Notes under the pieces: generated by a model
What the model was told of the DNA's origin: nothing
The model's input: the letters and a program-made list of their open reading frames with translations, nothing else
The model's database searches: none
Position numbers and translations under genes: made by a program
In this document: in pieces, positions 1 to 8,299 of the stretch
Position numbering within the stretch: position 1 is the first letter of the stretch
Layout: every line of letters begins with the position of its first letter
Assembly: GCA_029258835.1 (NCBI GenBank)
Contig: JAPDJY010000024.1
Coordinates: 1-31,935, forward strand
Direction of reading: 5' to 3'
DNA: 31,935 nucleotides
Origin: Thermoproteota archaeon
Lineage (GTDB): Archaea > Asgardarchaeota > Jordiarchaeia > Jordiarchaeales > Freyrarchaeaceae

Positions 1-1
1 T

Positions 2-127
2 GCTCTTCAGGTTATGGGTAAGGCTGGAGATAGGCAGGTTCCGGACGTTGAAACAGCCCTAGCACACGGGTGGGGTGGACAGTTTCAGTTTCACGGGTTA
101 ATGATCCTAAGCAGGAATAGACCGTGA
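2..127 (+). CDS. 3' end of an SCP-x/Ltp-type thiolase-family protein (partial; start lies outside the window)
   Basis: Frame 2 reads ALQVMGKAGDRQVPDVETALAHGWGGQFQFHGLMILSRNRP*, the Q-x-x-G-x-A-G-x-x-Q-V...A-x-x-H-G-x-G-G C-terminus of SCP2-thiolase/Ltp-like proteins. TGA at 125-127 is followed by a pyrimidine/T tract. Confidence 0.8.
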   Translation, partial: ALQVMGKAGDRQVPDVETALAHGWGGQFQFHGLMILSRNRP

Positions 128-140
128 GGGGTTCAGCCTC

Positions 141-240
141 CCTGCCCTCCTTCTTTTTCACCTTCTTTTTCAAATATCTTTTTCAAGATAAAATAAAAGA
201 AGGATAAAGAAAAAGATACTTTCTCAATACTTCCTCCTTT
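141..240. terminator. Probable bidirectional oligo-T terminator between convergent genes
   Basis: T tracts on + at about 151-183 and A tracts (T on the - strand) at about 190-215, between the thiolase stop and the stop of 241..1743. Confidence 0.55.
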
Positions 241-1743
241 TTAGTGGAGGTATTCTGGCAACTTCTCTAGGAGATTTTTACCTGTTATCATGGAGGCTGC
301 TATGAACCCTGAGTGGACTGCGGCGTCCATTGGGACGCCCCAGCCCCCAACCCCATCGCCGACGAAGTAAAGGTTCTCCACCCCTGGAGCCTTCACATCT
401 GGCCTTTTGTCGCCTACTTGGTCGGGTGTTCGAGCCACCCCGTCGAGGTAGTCTAGGGAGGCGTAGAGGAGCCACTCGACTGAAGCGTCGAACTCGGGGA
501 ACATCCCACTGACAAAGTTCATGGCTTCGTCTAGGACTCGCTCCACCTTGCTTTTGCTTCTTGCCTCCTCAGGTGTTAGAGGGCAGTAGAAGGTGAACAA
601 TTGCTTTCCCTTGGGGGCGCGGGACGGGTCAAAATTTGACTGGGCTTCGAAGATGAACCTTACGCTTCCCTTGAATCCTTCACCTTCAGGTATAAGTTCT
701 GGAACGTAGATGTAGCCCCTGTTTTTCAGAACCGGCTTCTTCAGGCCGGCGTAGCCCGTGACGGCGCCCGCACTAGCTAGCTTTTCAACGCGCTCAACCC
801 AGCCTTTGGGGAAAACGTTCCTGTCCACTATGCTGAAAACCTTCTGGATGGGGACATTACTAACCACAACACTCGACTCAACGTGCTCTTCCCCCCTAGG
901 GAAGTCGGCGACAACACCCTTAGCCACCCCGTCCTCGACCACCACCTCTTTCACCTCGATGCCTGTCTTGACGGAGCCGCCATGCTTCTCCACGGTTCTT
1001 GCCAGCGCCTTAGCTGCCTCTATGAAGCCGCCCTCTATGGAGCCGGCGTTCCCTCTTCCCGCGTGGGCGCCGACGTGGGACGCTGGAACATTAGACTTTA
1101 TTGTTTCACCGGCGGAGATGTCTGCTGGGTCGTTTATGGTTGCAACAAGTGTCGCGATGAGGTACCAGAACTCGCGCACCCTATGGCTGCCGGTGAGGGA
1201 CTCCATGAACTCCTTCATGGACTCGTGGTCGTGCTTGGCCGCTTCAGTCCTGCTCATGGAGGTTATGAGGCGGGCGACCCTCCAGAACTCGCTCATAGTG
1301 CTCTCATCTGGGAGGAATTCTATCCGTGGAGGCTGCATGGAGCAGAGTTTACCGTCGAAGAAGTAAAGGTTTTCCTTGAGAGGGTGAAACCTGACGTGCT
1401 CCCCTAAATCTTTCAGCAGAACTCCGAGGCGGCCATGTTCATGGTACGAATACTCGTGGAAGCCGAGGTCTATGACGTAGCCTTCCATTAGGCTGGGTAG
1501 TTCGTCTAGACCAGGCTCAGTTCTAACAATCCGTTCATTACAGGTGCGAGCCATCACCCTTCTAAGCTCACTAACGTCCTCTCCTCCCCTGAAGGAGGCG
1601 GCACGCCCTCCGATGCGTGCTTCACGTTCAAGCACCAAAACTCTTAACCCTTCATGGGCAAGTAGGGCTGCACACGTTAAACCGCCCAAACCCGCACCAA
1701 TAACGACGACGTCCCATCCTTCACGAGGCAAAATAACCACCAA
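241..1743 (-). CDS. FAD-dependent oxidoreductase, phytoene desaturase-like (COG1233)
   Basis: 500 aa. N-terminal Rossmann motif DVVVIGAGLGGLTCAALLA...VLE...IGGR, DLG motif, and C-terminal ENLYFVGD...AAVHSG. Confidence 0.85.
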   Translation of the reverse strand: MVVILPREGWDVVVIGAGLGGLTCAALLAHEGLRVLVLEREARIGGRAASFRGGEDVSELRRVMARTCNERIVRTEPGLDELPSLMEGYVIDLGFHEYSYHEHGRLGVLLKDLGEHVRFHPLKENLYFFDGKLCSMQPPRIEFLPDESTMSEFWRVARLITSMSRTEAAKHDHESMKEFMESLTGSHRVREFWYLIATLVATINDPADISAGETIKSNVPASHVGAHAGRGNAGSIEGGFIEAAKALARTVEKHGGSVKTGIEVKEVVVEDGVAKGVVADFPRGEEHVESSVVVSNVPIQKVFSIVDRNVFPKGWVERVEKLASAGAVTGYAGLKKPVLKNRGYIYVPELIPEGEGFKGSVRFIFEAQSNFDPSRAPKGKQLFTFYCPLTPEEARSKSKVERVLDEAMNFVSGMFPEFDASVEWLLYASLDYLDGVARTPDQVGDKRPDVKAPGVENLYFVGDGVGGWGVPMDAAVHSGFIAASMITGKNLLEKLPEYLH

Positions 1744-1845
1744 GAGAAGTAAACGGCAACGAGAAATAAATGTTTTTTAAGCTGGAAGATGGTCCACGCA
1801 GCCCGCTAACGGGGGCTTACATGGGGATCCTCCGGCTGCAAGCAT

Positions 1846-1890
1846 AAGAAAATATTTTAATACATAGAAAAGAAAGTAATTAATTACTTT
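1846..1890 (+). promoter_or_regulatory. Putative acx promoter (BRE/TATA-like) plus an 18-bp perfect palindrome (candidate operator)
   Basis: A-rich stretch then TTTTAATA at 1855-1862. AAAGTAATTAATTACTTT at 1873-1890 is its own reverse complement. Confidence 0.5.
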
Positions 1891-1915
1891 GAAGAGATGT
1901 GTGGAGGAGTGGAGG

Positions 1916-4045
1916 TTGGCTCGGAAACCTGTAATTGTTTCCCTTGACGCAGGAGGGACGATGACGGATACGGTGATCGTGGACGAAGAGGGAGAATTCA
2001 CCGTTGGCAAGGCTTTAACCGTTCCGGAGGACGAGTCAGTGAGCTTCGCAGACTCTGTTATGGACGCAGCGGGCTACTGGGATATGAGCGTCGGCGACGT
2101 TTTGAGAAGCGTGGGCGCATGCATTTATTCTGGAACAACCATGATTAACACCCTTCTAACTAGGAAGGGGCTACGGGTTGGACTCATAATTTCGAAGGGG
2201 CTTGAAGACTACGTCCTCATGGAGAGAGGGCTTGTCTGGCTTGGCTACAGCTACTCTGACAGGCTGCACACAGTGACTCACGTCCACAACGAACCCTTGG
2301 TGGATAGGCGGCTGGTGCGCGGAGTCACGGAGAGGATAGACATGTTCGGTACCCCGGTGATACCCCTTAACAGGGAGGAGGTTGAAGAGGCCGCTAGGGA
2401 GCTTCTGTCCATGGGAGTAGAAGCCATAGCCATAATGTTCCCTTACTCCCATACGAACCCGGCGCACGAGAGGGAAGCGAAAGAAATCGTTGAGAGGATT
2501 GCTAGAGAGGCAGAAGTTGAAGTCACGGTCTACACGAGCTCGGAGGTTGCACCCATAATGCGCGAGTACTCCCGTCTCAACAGCGTTCTAATACAAGCTT
2601 ACGCTACAGAGCCAACGAGGAGGCAGCTCTTCAAAATAGAGGAGAGAGCTAGAAAGGAGGGCTTCAGGTATGAGCTCCTCACCATGCTCTCATATGGCGG
2701 ACTCGTAAACATAAGGTATCCGCGCCTCTACGAGACCCTGATATCCGGGCCGATAGGAGGAATGCTCGGCTCAAAGTACATTGGGGACATACTCGGGATC
2801 AAGGACATTCTGTGCATGGACATGGGAGGGACGAGCTTCGACGTGGGCATAATAAGGGATGGTGTAATACCCATGCTTAGGGAGCCCGACATAGCAAGGT
2901 TCCGCCTAAACATGCCCCTTGTAACCATGGATTCTATAGGTGCGGGGACTGGAAGCGTCATCAAGATAGACCCTGAGACGGGTAGAATAGAACTCGGACC
3001 CGAGAGCGCCGGGGCTATGGTTGGAATGTGCTACAAGTACCCTGAGCCGACCATTAGCGACTGCGACGTCACCTTAGGCTACTTGAACCCGGACTACTTC
3101 ATAGGGGGGAAGATAAAGCTTGACAAAGAAAGAGCGTACAAGGCATGCAAGCAGGTAGCAGACCACTACGATGCGGACGTCTACGATATGGCAATGGGAA
3201 TAATTGAACTCCTTAACACCAAAATGAGAGGGCAGATAGACGCCATGCTAATGGCTAGAGGGTATAACCCTGCAGACTACACCGCTATGATCTATGGAGG
3301 AGGAGGGCCGCTTCACATGTGGGGGTTCACTGAGGGGATACCGTTCAAGAACATTATAACGTTCCCGTTCGCAGCGGTCTTCTCAGCCTTCGGCATAGCG
3401 ACAGCCGACTACACTCACAGGTATCATAAGAGCATCCTCAGCCAGATTCCGCCTGGAAGCGACGAGAGGGCCTTAATGTTTAGGATGATGACGCAGTCGG
3501 CCATAAACTCGGCTTGGGAGGAGCTTGAAAAGCTGGCCCTAGCGGAAATGGAGGCTGAGGGAATACCTAAGGAGAAGGTGAAGTTCGAGCACTTAGCATA
3601 TGTTAGGTATAGCGGCCAGCTTGACGACCACGAAGTGGTGTCGCCAGTATCAAGGGTTGAAAAGCTTGAAGACCTAGACTCCATCGTGGAGGCGTTCGAG
3701 GAGACGTACGAAAAGATATACCCTAAAGCCGCCAAGTTCCCAGAGGCTGGTTACATGATACTTGAGGTTGCGGTCGTCGCTCACGCTGAAAGGCCGAAGC
3801 CTAAGATAGTCAGGAAGCCTCTAGCTGGAAAGAAGCCTTCGGAGCAGGCGTTTAAGGGCGAGAGGGAAGCCTACTACAAGGGGAAGTGGGTTAACTTCTC
3901 CGTCTGGGAGATGGACGAGATAAGGGCTGGAAACGAGCTTGAAGGGCCTGCTATAATAGAGCACCCGGCAACCACCCTCGTGGTACCCCCCGAGTATAAG
4001 GTGAGGTTTGACGAGTACGAGTTCATATGGTTTGGAGGGAAGTGA
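1916..4045 (+). CDS. acxA: Acetone carboxylase beta subunit (hydantoinase A/oxoprolinase family, ATP-binding)
   Basis: Motifs LDAGGTMTD, GTTMINTLL, REYSRLNS, SGPIGG, DMGGTSFD, GAGTGS and YGGGGPLH. First gene of a three-gene operon. Start moved from 1889 to the in-frame TTG at 1916, behind GGAGGAG. Confidence 0.85.
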   Translation: MARKPVIVSLDAGGTMTDTVIVDEEGEFTVGKALTVPEDESVSFADSVMDAAGYWDMSVGDVLRSVGACIYSGTTMINTLLTRKGLRVGLIISKGLEDYVLMERGLVWLGYSYSDRLHTVTHVHNEPLVDRRLVRGVTERIDMFGTPVIPLNREEVEEAARELLSMGVEAIAIMFPYSHTNPAHEREAKEIVERIAREAEVEVTVYTSSEVAPIMREYSRLNSVLIQAYATEPTRRQLFKIEERARKEGFRYELLTMLSYGGLVNIRYPRLYETLISGPIGGMLGSKYIGDILGIKDILCMDMGGTSFDVGIIRDGVIPMLREPDIARFRLNMPLVTMDSIGAGTGSVIKIDPETGRIELGPESAGAMVGMCYKYPEPTISDCDVTLGYLNPDYFIGGKIKLDKERAYKACKQVADHYDADVYDMAMGIIELLNTKMRGQIDAMLMARGYNPADYTAMIYGGGGPLHMWGFTEGIPFKNIITFPFAAVFSAFGIATADYTHRYHKSILSQIPPGSDERALMFRMMTQSAINSAWEELEKLALAEMEAEGIPKEKVKFEHLAYVRYSGQLDDHEVVSPVSRVEKLEDLDSIVEAFEETYEKIYPKAAKFPEAGYMILEVAVVAHAERPKPKIVRKPLAGKKPSEQAFKGEREAYYKGKWVNFSVWEMDEIRAGNELEGPAIIEHPATTLVVPPEYKVRFDEYEFIWFGGK

Positions 4046-4057
4046 GGAGGAGTATGT

Positions 4058-6247
4058 ATGGCTTCACGCGAGGGGAAGGGTATAGGTTATGGAGGCAGGA
4101 AGCTTAAGGAGATGCTGAGGGAGAGTGAAAGACTTTTCAAGGAGACCGGGTACTACTACGGTGTGAGCGAGTTGAGGCTTAGGGAGGAGGACCTTCTTAA
4201 GTATGAGAGGTTTCACTCCCGGCTGCTGTCAGCGGTTATAGGTGCTAGGGAGTCTGTTAAGTTCATAGCAGCATCCCCTACTGTACGGGAGTATGGTGAG
4301 CTTGTCTTCGGGCTCTACACTCCCGAGGGGGACGCCGTCGCGCTGTCGACGGGGATAATGGTTCACGTGCACACGATGAGCGCCTTCATCAAGTACCTGA
4401 TAGAGAACGACTACGAAGAGAACCCGGGTATAAGGCCGGGCGACATATTCACGAACAACGAGACCTGGGCTGGAGGAGTGCACACTGCAGACGTGCAGAC
4501 AGTCATACCGATATTTTATAAGGGTGAGCTCATAGGGTGGGCTGGAGGGGTAACCCACGAGCTCGAGGCGGGGGCACACGAGCACGGCTCCATGCCCATA
4601 TTCGCCCCTGAAAGGTTTAGTGAGGGACACCACATAAGCGCCGAGAAGACGGGGGAAAACGACGAGTACTACAAGCATTACATTAAGAGGCTGAGCGTCG
4701 CCTCAAGGATGCCTAACGCGTGGATCCTGGACGAGAAGGCAAGGCTTGCAGGCTCCATAATGATAAGGGAGGAGGTCTATAAGGTCATAGAGGACTTCGG
4801 ATTAGAATACTACATGAGAGCAATAAGGGAGCTGATAGAGGAGAACAGGAGGAACTTCATAGCGAAGGTTAAGGAGAGGCTGGTGCCGGGAAGGTATAAA
4901 GGAATAAACGTGATCAGCTTCACGCTTAAGACCGGCTACGCTCACCCGTTAACCGAGGAAAAAGTGAGGTCGCTTATACCGATAGAAATAACCATAGATG
5001 TTACGGGGAAGATGCACATAGACTTTGACGGGGCGACAAGGCCGGGATATCACGTGTACAATTGTACGCCCTCAGCCATGGATGGGGGACTATGGGTTCT
5101 CCTAAGCCAGGTCCTCGCGTACGACGGGAAAGTTAATGATGGAGCCTACATAGCGGTAACCCAGAATCTCCCGGAGGGAACGATAGTCAACACGGACTAC
5201 CCCTACGCTGGAACAGCCATAACCTGGGGGACGCTGATACCAACGTACGCGGCTGTCGGGGGATTACTGTCCATAGGATTCTACGCTAGAGGATTCCTAG
5301 AGGAGGTCTTCCTGCCGTCGGCTGCCAACTCGCTTTATAATGGTGGAGGCGAAAACCAACTTGGAGAGGTCGTCGGCTTCTCGGTGTTTGAGATGGCTGC
5401 AAACCAAAGCGGGGCAAGGGGGGTGTTAGACGGGATAGACGCGGGCTACGCTATATGGAACCCTGAGGCGGATCAGGGGAACGTGGAGCTATGGGAGATG
5501 CTTGCTCCAATAGTATACCTAGGAAGAAGGTTTATACCGAACACTCACGGGTATGGAAGGTTTAGAGGAGGCAACGGCTGGGCTTCGCTCTGGCTGATAT
5601 GGAGGACTCAGCGGTTCAACGTCGGATGCAACGGCCATATGCCTACGCTACCATACCTTAAAGGGCTCTTCGGAGGGTATCCGCCCCCATCCTGGTTCGG
5701 AATAACGGTTAAGAACACGAATATCCTAGAGCTTATAGGTAAGGGTGAGGTGCCCGGATCGATAATGGAAGTTATAGACATGGTTAAGGAGGGGAAGCTT
5801 AAAGGGGACTTGGTGATCCACAGGACGCCTTTCTGGGAGGATGTGAAGCAAGGGGACCTAATGGGTATCTACTACACTGGTGGCGTAGGATTCGGCGACC
5901 CCATAGAGAGGGACCCTTCACTTATCGTCAAAGACCTTGAAAACGGCTTCCTGACCAAGGAGTGGGCTGAGAAGGTTTACGGGGTCATCTGCAGGTATGA
6001 CGAAAGAGAGAAAAAGTGGGTCGTAGACGAGGAAGCTACGGATGAGAAGAGAAGGAGGATAAGGGAAGAAAGGCTAAGCAAAGGCGTCCCGGTGAAGGAG
6101 TGGTGGGTTAAGGAGAGGGAAAAGGTCGCAGCAGGGAGGCTTCCGGAGGATGTCAAGGAAATGATCAGGGATAGCATGTCAAGGTCTGAGAAAATGGCGA
6201 AGGAGTTCAGGGAGTTCTGGCAGCTGCCGGAGGACTTCACACTCTGA
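4058..6247 (+). CDS. acxB: Acetone carboxylase alpha subunit (hydantoinase B family, metal-binding)
   Basis: 729 aa. The N-terminus ARESVKFIAASPTVREYGELVFGLYTPEGD...STGIMVHV is typical of AcxB. Metal-ligand motifs GVHTAD and VTHELE, plus WNPEADQG, GRFRGG and GFGDPIERDP. SD GAGGAG upstream. Confidence 0.88.
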   Translation: MASREGKGIGYGGRKLKEMLRESERLFKETGYYYGVSELRLREEDLLKYERFHSRLLSAVIGARESVKFIAASPTVREYGELVFGLYTPEGDAVALSTGIMVHVHTMSAFIKYLIENDYEENPGIRPGDIFTNNETWAGGVHTADVQTVIPIFYKGELIGWAGGVTHELEAGAHEHGSMPIFAPERFSEGHHISAEKTGENDEYYKHYIKRLSVASRMPNAWILDEKARLAGSIMIREEVYKVIEDFGLEYYMRAIRELIEENRRNFIAKVKERLVPGRYKGINVISFTLKTGYAHPLTEEKVRSLIPIEITIDVTGKMHIDFDGATRPGYHVYNCTPSAMDGGLWVLLSQVLAYDGKVNDGAYIAVTQNLPEGTIVNTDYPYAGTAITWGTLIPTYAAVGGLLSIGFYARGFLEEVFLPSAANSLYNGGGENQLGEVVGFSVFEMAANQSGARGVLDGIDAGYAIWNPEADQGNVELWEMLAPIVYLGRRFIPNTHGYGRFRGGNGWASLWLIWRTQRFNVGCNGHMPTLPYLKGLFGGYPPPSWFGITVKNTNILELIGKGEVPGSIMEVIDMVKEGKLKGDLVIHRTPFWEDVKQGDLMGIYYTGGVGFGDPIERDPSLIVKDLENGFLTKEWAEKVYGVICRYDEREKKWVVDEEATDEKRRRIREERLSKGVPVKEWWVKEREKVAAGRLPEDVKEMIRDSMSRSEKMAKEFREFWQLPEDFTL

Positions 6248-6261
6248 GGGGGTGGAAGAAT

Positions 6262-6843
6262 TTGGAGGCGCCAAGCTACCCTGATGACGTTATAAAGGGG
6301 CTTGTTGAGAGAAAGCTTCCTTGGAGCATGGTTAAGAGGATGATGAGTGCTCCCAAGGACAGGGACAGGTTCGAGAAGTATGTTAGGGTGCTTCAGGAGA
6401 GGGTTCCGTGGAAGGAGAAGATAGTGCTGCCTATCCACGAGCACCTTTTCGTAGTATGCAAGAATGGAGAGTTGATTGTTAAGGCTGCATGCGGCCATGA
6501 GTTCGGGGATTACAGGGAGAACTGGAAGCTTAAGTGCTTGATAAGGGTAAGGGGGACCAATGAGGACTTCAAGGAGGTCTACCCAGACTTCTTCGAGTTT
6601 GACACCGAGTTCATAGAGTTAAGGGAGTTTTACTGCCCGGGATGCGGCGAACTGTTAGACGTGGAAAACGCGCCGAAAGGGTACCCTATAACCTTTGAGT
6701 TCCTCCCGGACGTTGAAGGGTTTTACAAGGAGTGGCTTGGGAAGCCCGTCCCATGCGAAAAAAAGGAGGAAAGCAGAGCGGAGGATAGAAGTGTGAACAT
6801 ACTTAGGAAGTGGGCTGAAGAGGCAGAAGAGAAGGGATCTTAG
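6262..6843 (+). CDS. acxC: Acetone carboxylase gamma subunit
   Basis: 193 aa. KDRDRFEKY...LQERVPW...CGHEFGDYRENWK...REFYCPGCG...GYP...FLPD is the AcxC pattern. Lies directly after acxB. Confidence 0.88.
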   Translation: MEAPSYPDDVIKGLVERKLPWSMVKRMMSAPKDRDRFEKYVRVLQERVPWKEKIVLPIHEHLFVVCKNGELIVKAACGHEFGDYRENWKLKCLIRVRGTNEDFKEVYPDFFEFDTEFIELREFYCPGCGELLDVENAPKGYPITFEFLPDVEGFYKEWLGKPVPCEKKEESRAEDRSVNILRKWAEEAEEKGS

Positions 6844-6865
6844 AGTAGTAGTAATGTAATCTTAC

Positions 6866-6880
6866 CCTCCTTTTTTGTTT
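6866..6880 (+). terminator. Oligo-T terminator of the acx operon
   Basis: CCTCCTTTTTTGTTT about 23 nt after the acxC stop. Confidence 0.55.
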
Positions 6881-7022
6881 CGAAGCATTATAGGGCATGT
6901 TGACGGGTGGCTGGCCGAGAAGGGCGTATAGAGGCAGTATTCTGGGTTTCCTTTCATCTTAAGTTTTTTTGCGGAAAACAAAAATGAATGGAAATTGTGA
7001 AGAATTATAGGACGGTCAACAC

Positions 7023-7817
7023 CTATTTCTCCTTTGACTCAGACCGTTTCTCTAGGAAGCTACGTATCCTCTCCATTGCCTCCCGAGAAACCGAGCATAA
7101 AGCTTGGGTTGTAGCCTCAAGGTTTAAGGCATCCTCTAGAGTTGACGTGAGAGCCATGTTTATCGCCTTTTTAGCTGCACCTATGGCCTTCCCGGGAAAC
7201 TTCATTATTTCATTTGCAACCTTCTTCACGGCATCGTCAAGCTGATCTCTCGGAACTACCATGTTAACTAGGCCTAGCTTCTCAGCCTCCTCAGCGGTCA
7301 CGAATCGTGCTGTGAATGAGAGCTCCTTAGCCTTGTGAACCCCTACAAGTCGAGGAAGCAGAAATGTTCCACCGGCATCGGGGATGAAGCCTATGTGGGC
7401 GAATATTTCGCTGAAGCGAGCTTGGTCTGACGCTATTACTAGGTCGCAAACCAAAGCAATGTTCATGGACGCGCCAGCAGCTATCCCGTTCACCGCAGCT
7501 ATAACAGGCTTCTCCATCTTAAATATTTGAAGCACTATCTCGTTGAAAACCCTCTGAATGTGAAGCCTGATGTCCAGCGGGTCAGCATCCCTTGCAAGGC
7601 TCGCCTCTTTAAGGTCGGCTCCCGTGCCGAAGGCATCCCCAGCCCCCGTAAGCACGACAACCCTCACGTTCTCATCCAGCTCAGCGTCCTTCAAGGCGCT
7701 TAGCACCTCGTTAGCCGTCTGAGCATCCATAGCGTTTAAAACCTCAGGCCTGTTAACAGTTATCTTGGCAATTCCTCCCTCCTTCTCGTAAATTATCTTA
7801 CTAAACAACGAAAGCAC
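7023..7817 (-). CDS. Enoyl-CoA hydratase/isomerase (crotonase) family, PaaG-like
   Basis: 264 aa. Motifs ITVNRPEVLNA, AFGTGADL, KPVIAAVNG.AAGA, IGFIPDAGGTFLLPRLVG and A.EAEKLGLVN. Confidence 0.88.
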   Translation of the reverse strand: MLSLFSKIIYEKEGGIAKITVNRPEVLNAMDAQTANEVLSALKDAELDENVRVVVLTGAGDAFGTGADLKEASLARDADPLDIRLHIQRVFNEIVLQIFKMEKPVIAAVNGIAAGASMNIALVCDLVIASDQARFSEIFAHIGFIPDAGGTFLLPRLVGVHKAKELSFTARFVTAEEAEKLGLVNMVVPRDQLDDAVKKVANEIMKFPGKAIGAAKKAINMALTSTLEDALNLEATTQALCSVSREAMERIRSFLEKRSESKEK

Positions 7818-7838
7818 CCCCTTTTCTCTAAAAGATGT

Positions 7839-7870
7839 TAAAAGAACTCTCTCCTAAAAGAACTCTCTCC
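7839..7870. repeat. 16-bp perfect tandem duplication upstream of the crotonase gene
   Basis: TAAAAGAACTCTCTCC at 7839-7854 and again at 7855-7870. Confidence 0.9.
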
Positions 7871-8299
7871 CATATAAATTAAGTTATTTCCTCATCCATC
7901 CATGAGGCTCCCTTTCAAAGGTGTAGGTAAGCCGGTGCTCATAGGAAAGGCAACGTTCAAAGGCTTACGTTCAGGCTATGATGAGGCTGAATGCTTTAGC
8001 ATTAACCATAATCCGGATGGCGAACGTTCACACATGGAGTCTTACACCCAGCCTACTTTAACCATCACAACGCTGGGTCGTCGTTCCGTCTCAGAGGCCT
8101 TTTCTAGGTGCTAGGGAGCAACAGAGTGCTTCCCCCTCACAGTCACGTGTTCGAAGCCAACGTAATTTTACGAGGACACTTGCATGATTAATGCTGATGC
8201 GTGCTCTAGAAGGGGGCAAGGGAAGAACGAAGTTATTTATTTAGCTTCAACCAGAATAACCATAATTTAGCTTTAGGAAAAGGCAGAGGTGAATTTGAT

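Noticed and set aside
278-1780. Alternative ORFs overlapping the COG1233 gene (e.g. 758..1366 +, 883..1407 +)
   Set aside because: Antisense or off-frame shadows of a well-supported gene, with Ser/Thr/Pro-rich or motif-less translations.
2171-6498. Minus-strand ORFs inside acxABC
   Set aside because: Shadow ORFs with no recognizable motifs.
7902-8200. 70-aa ORF and surrounding intergenic DNA
   Set aside because: No family motif or clear SD. It may be decayed sequence but cannot be supported.
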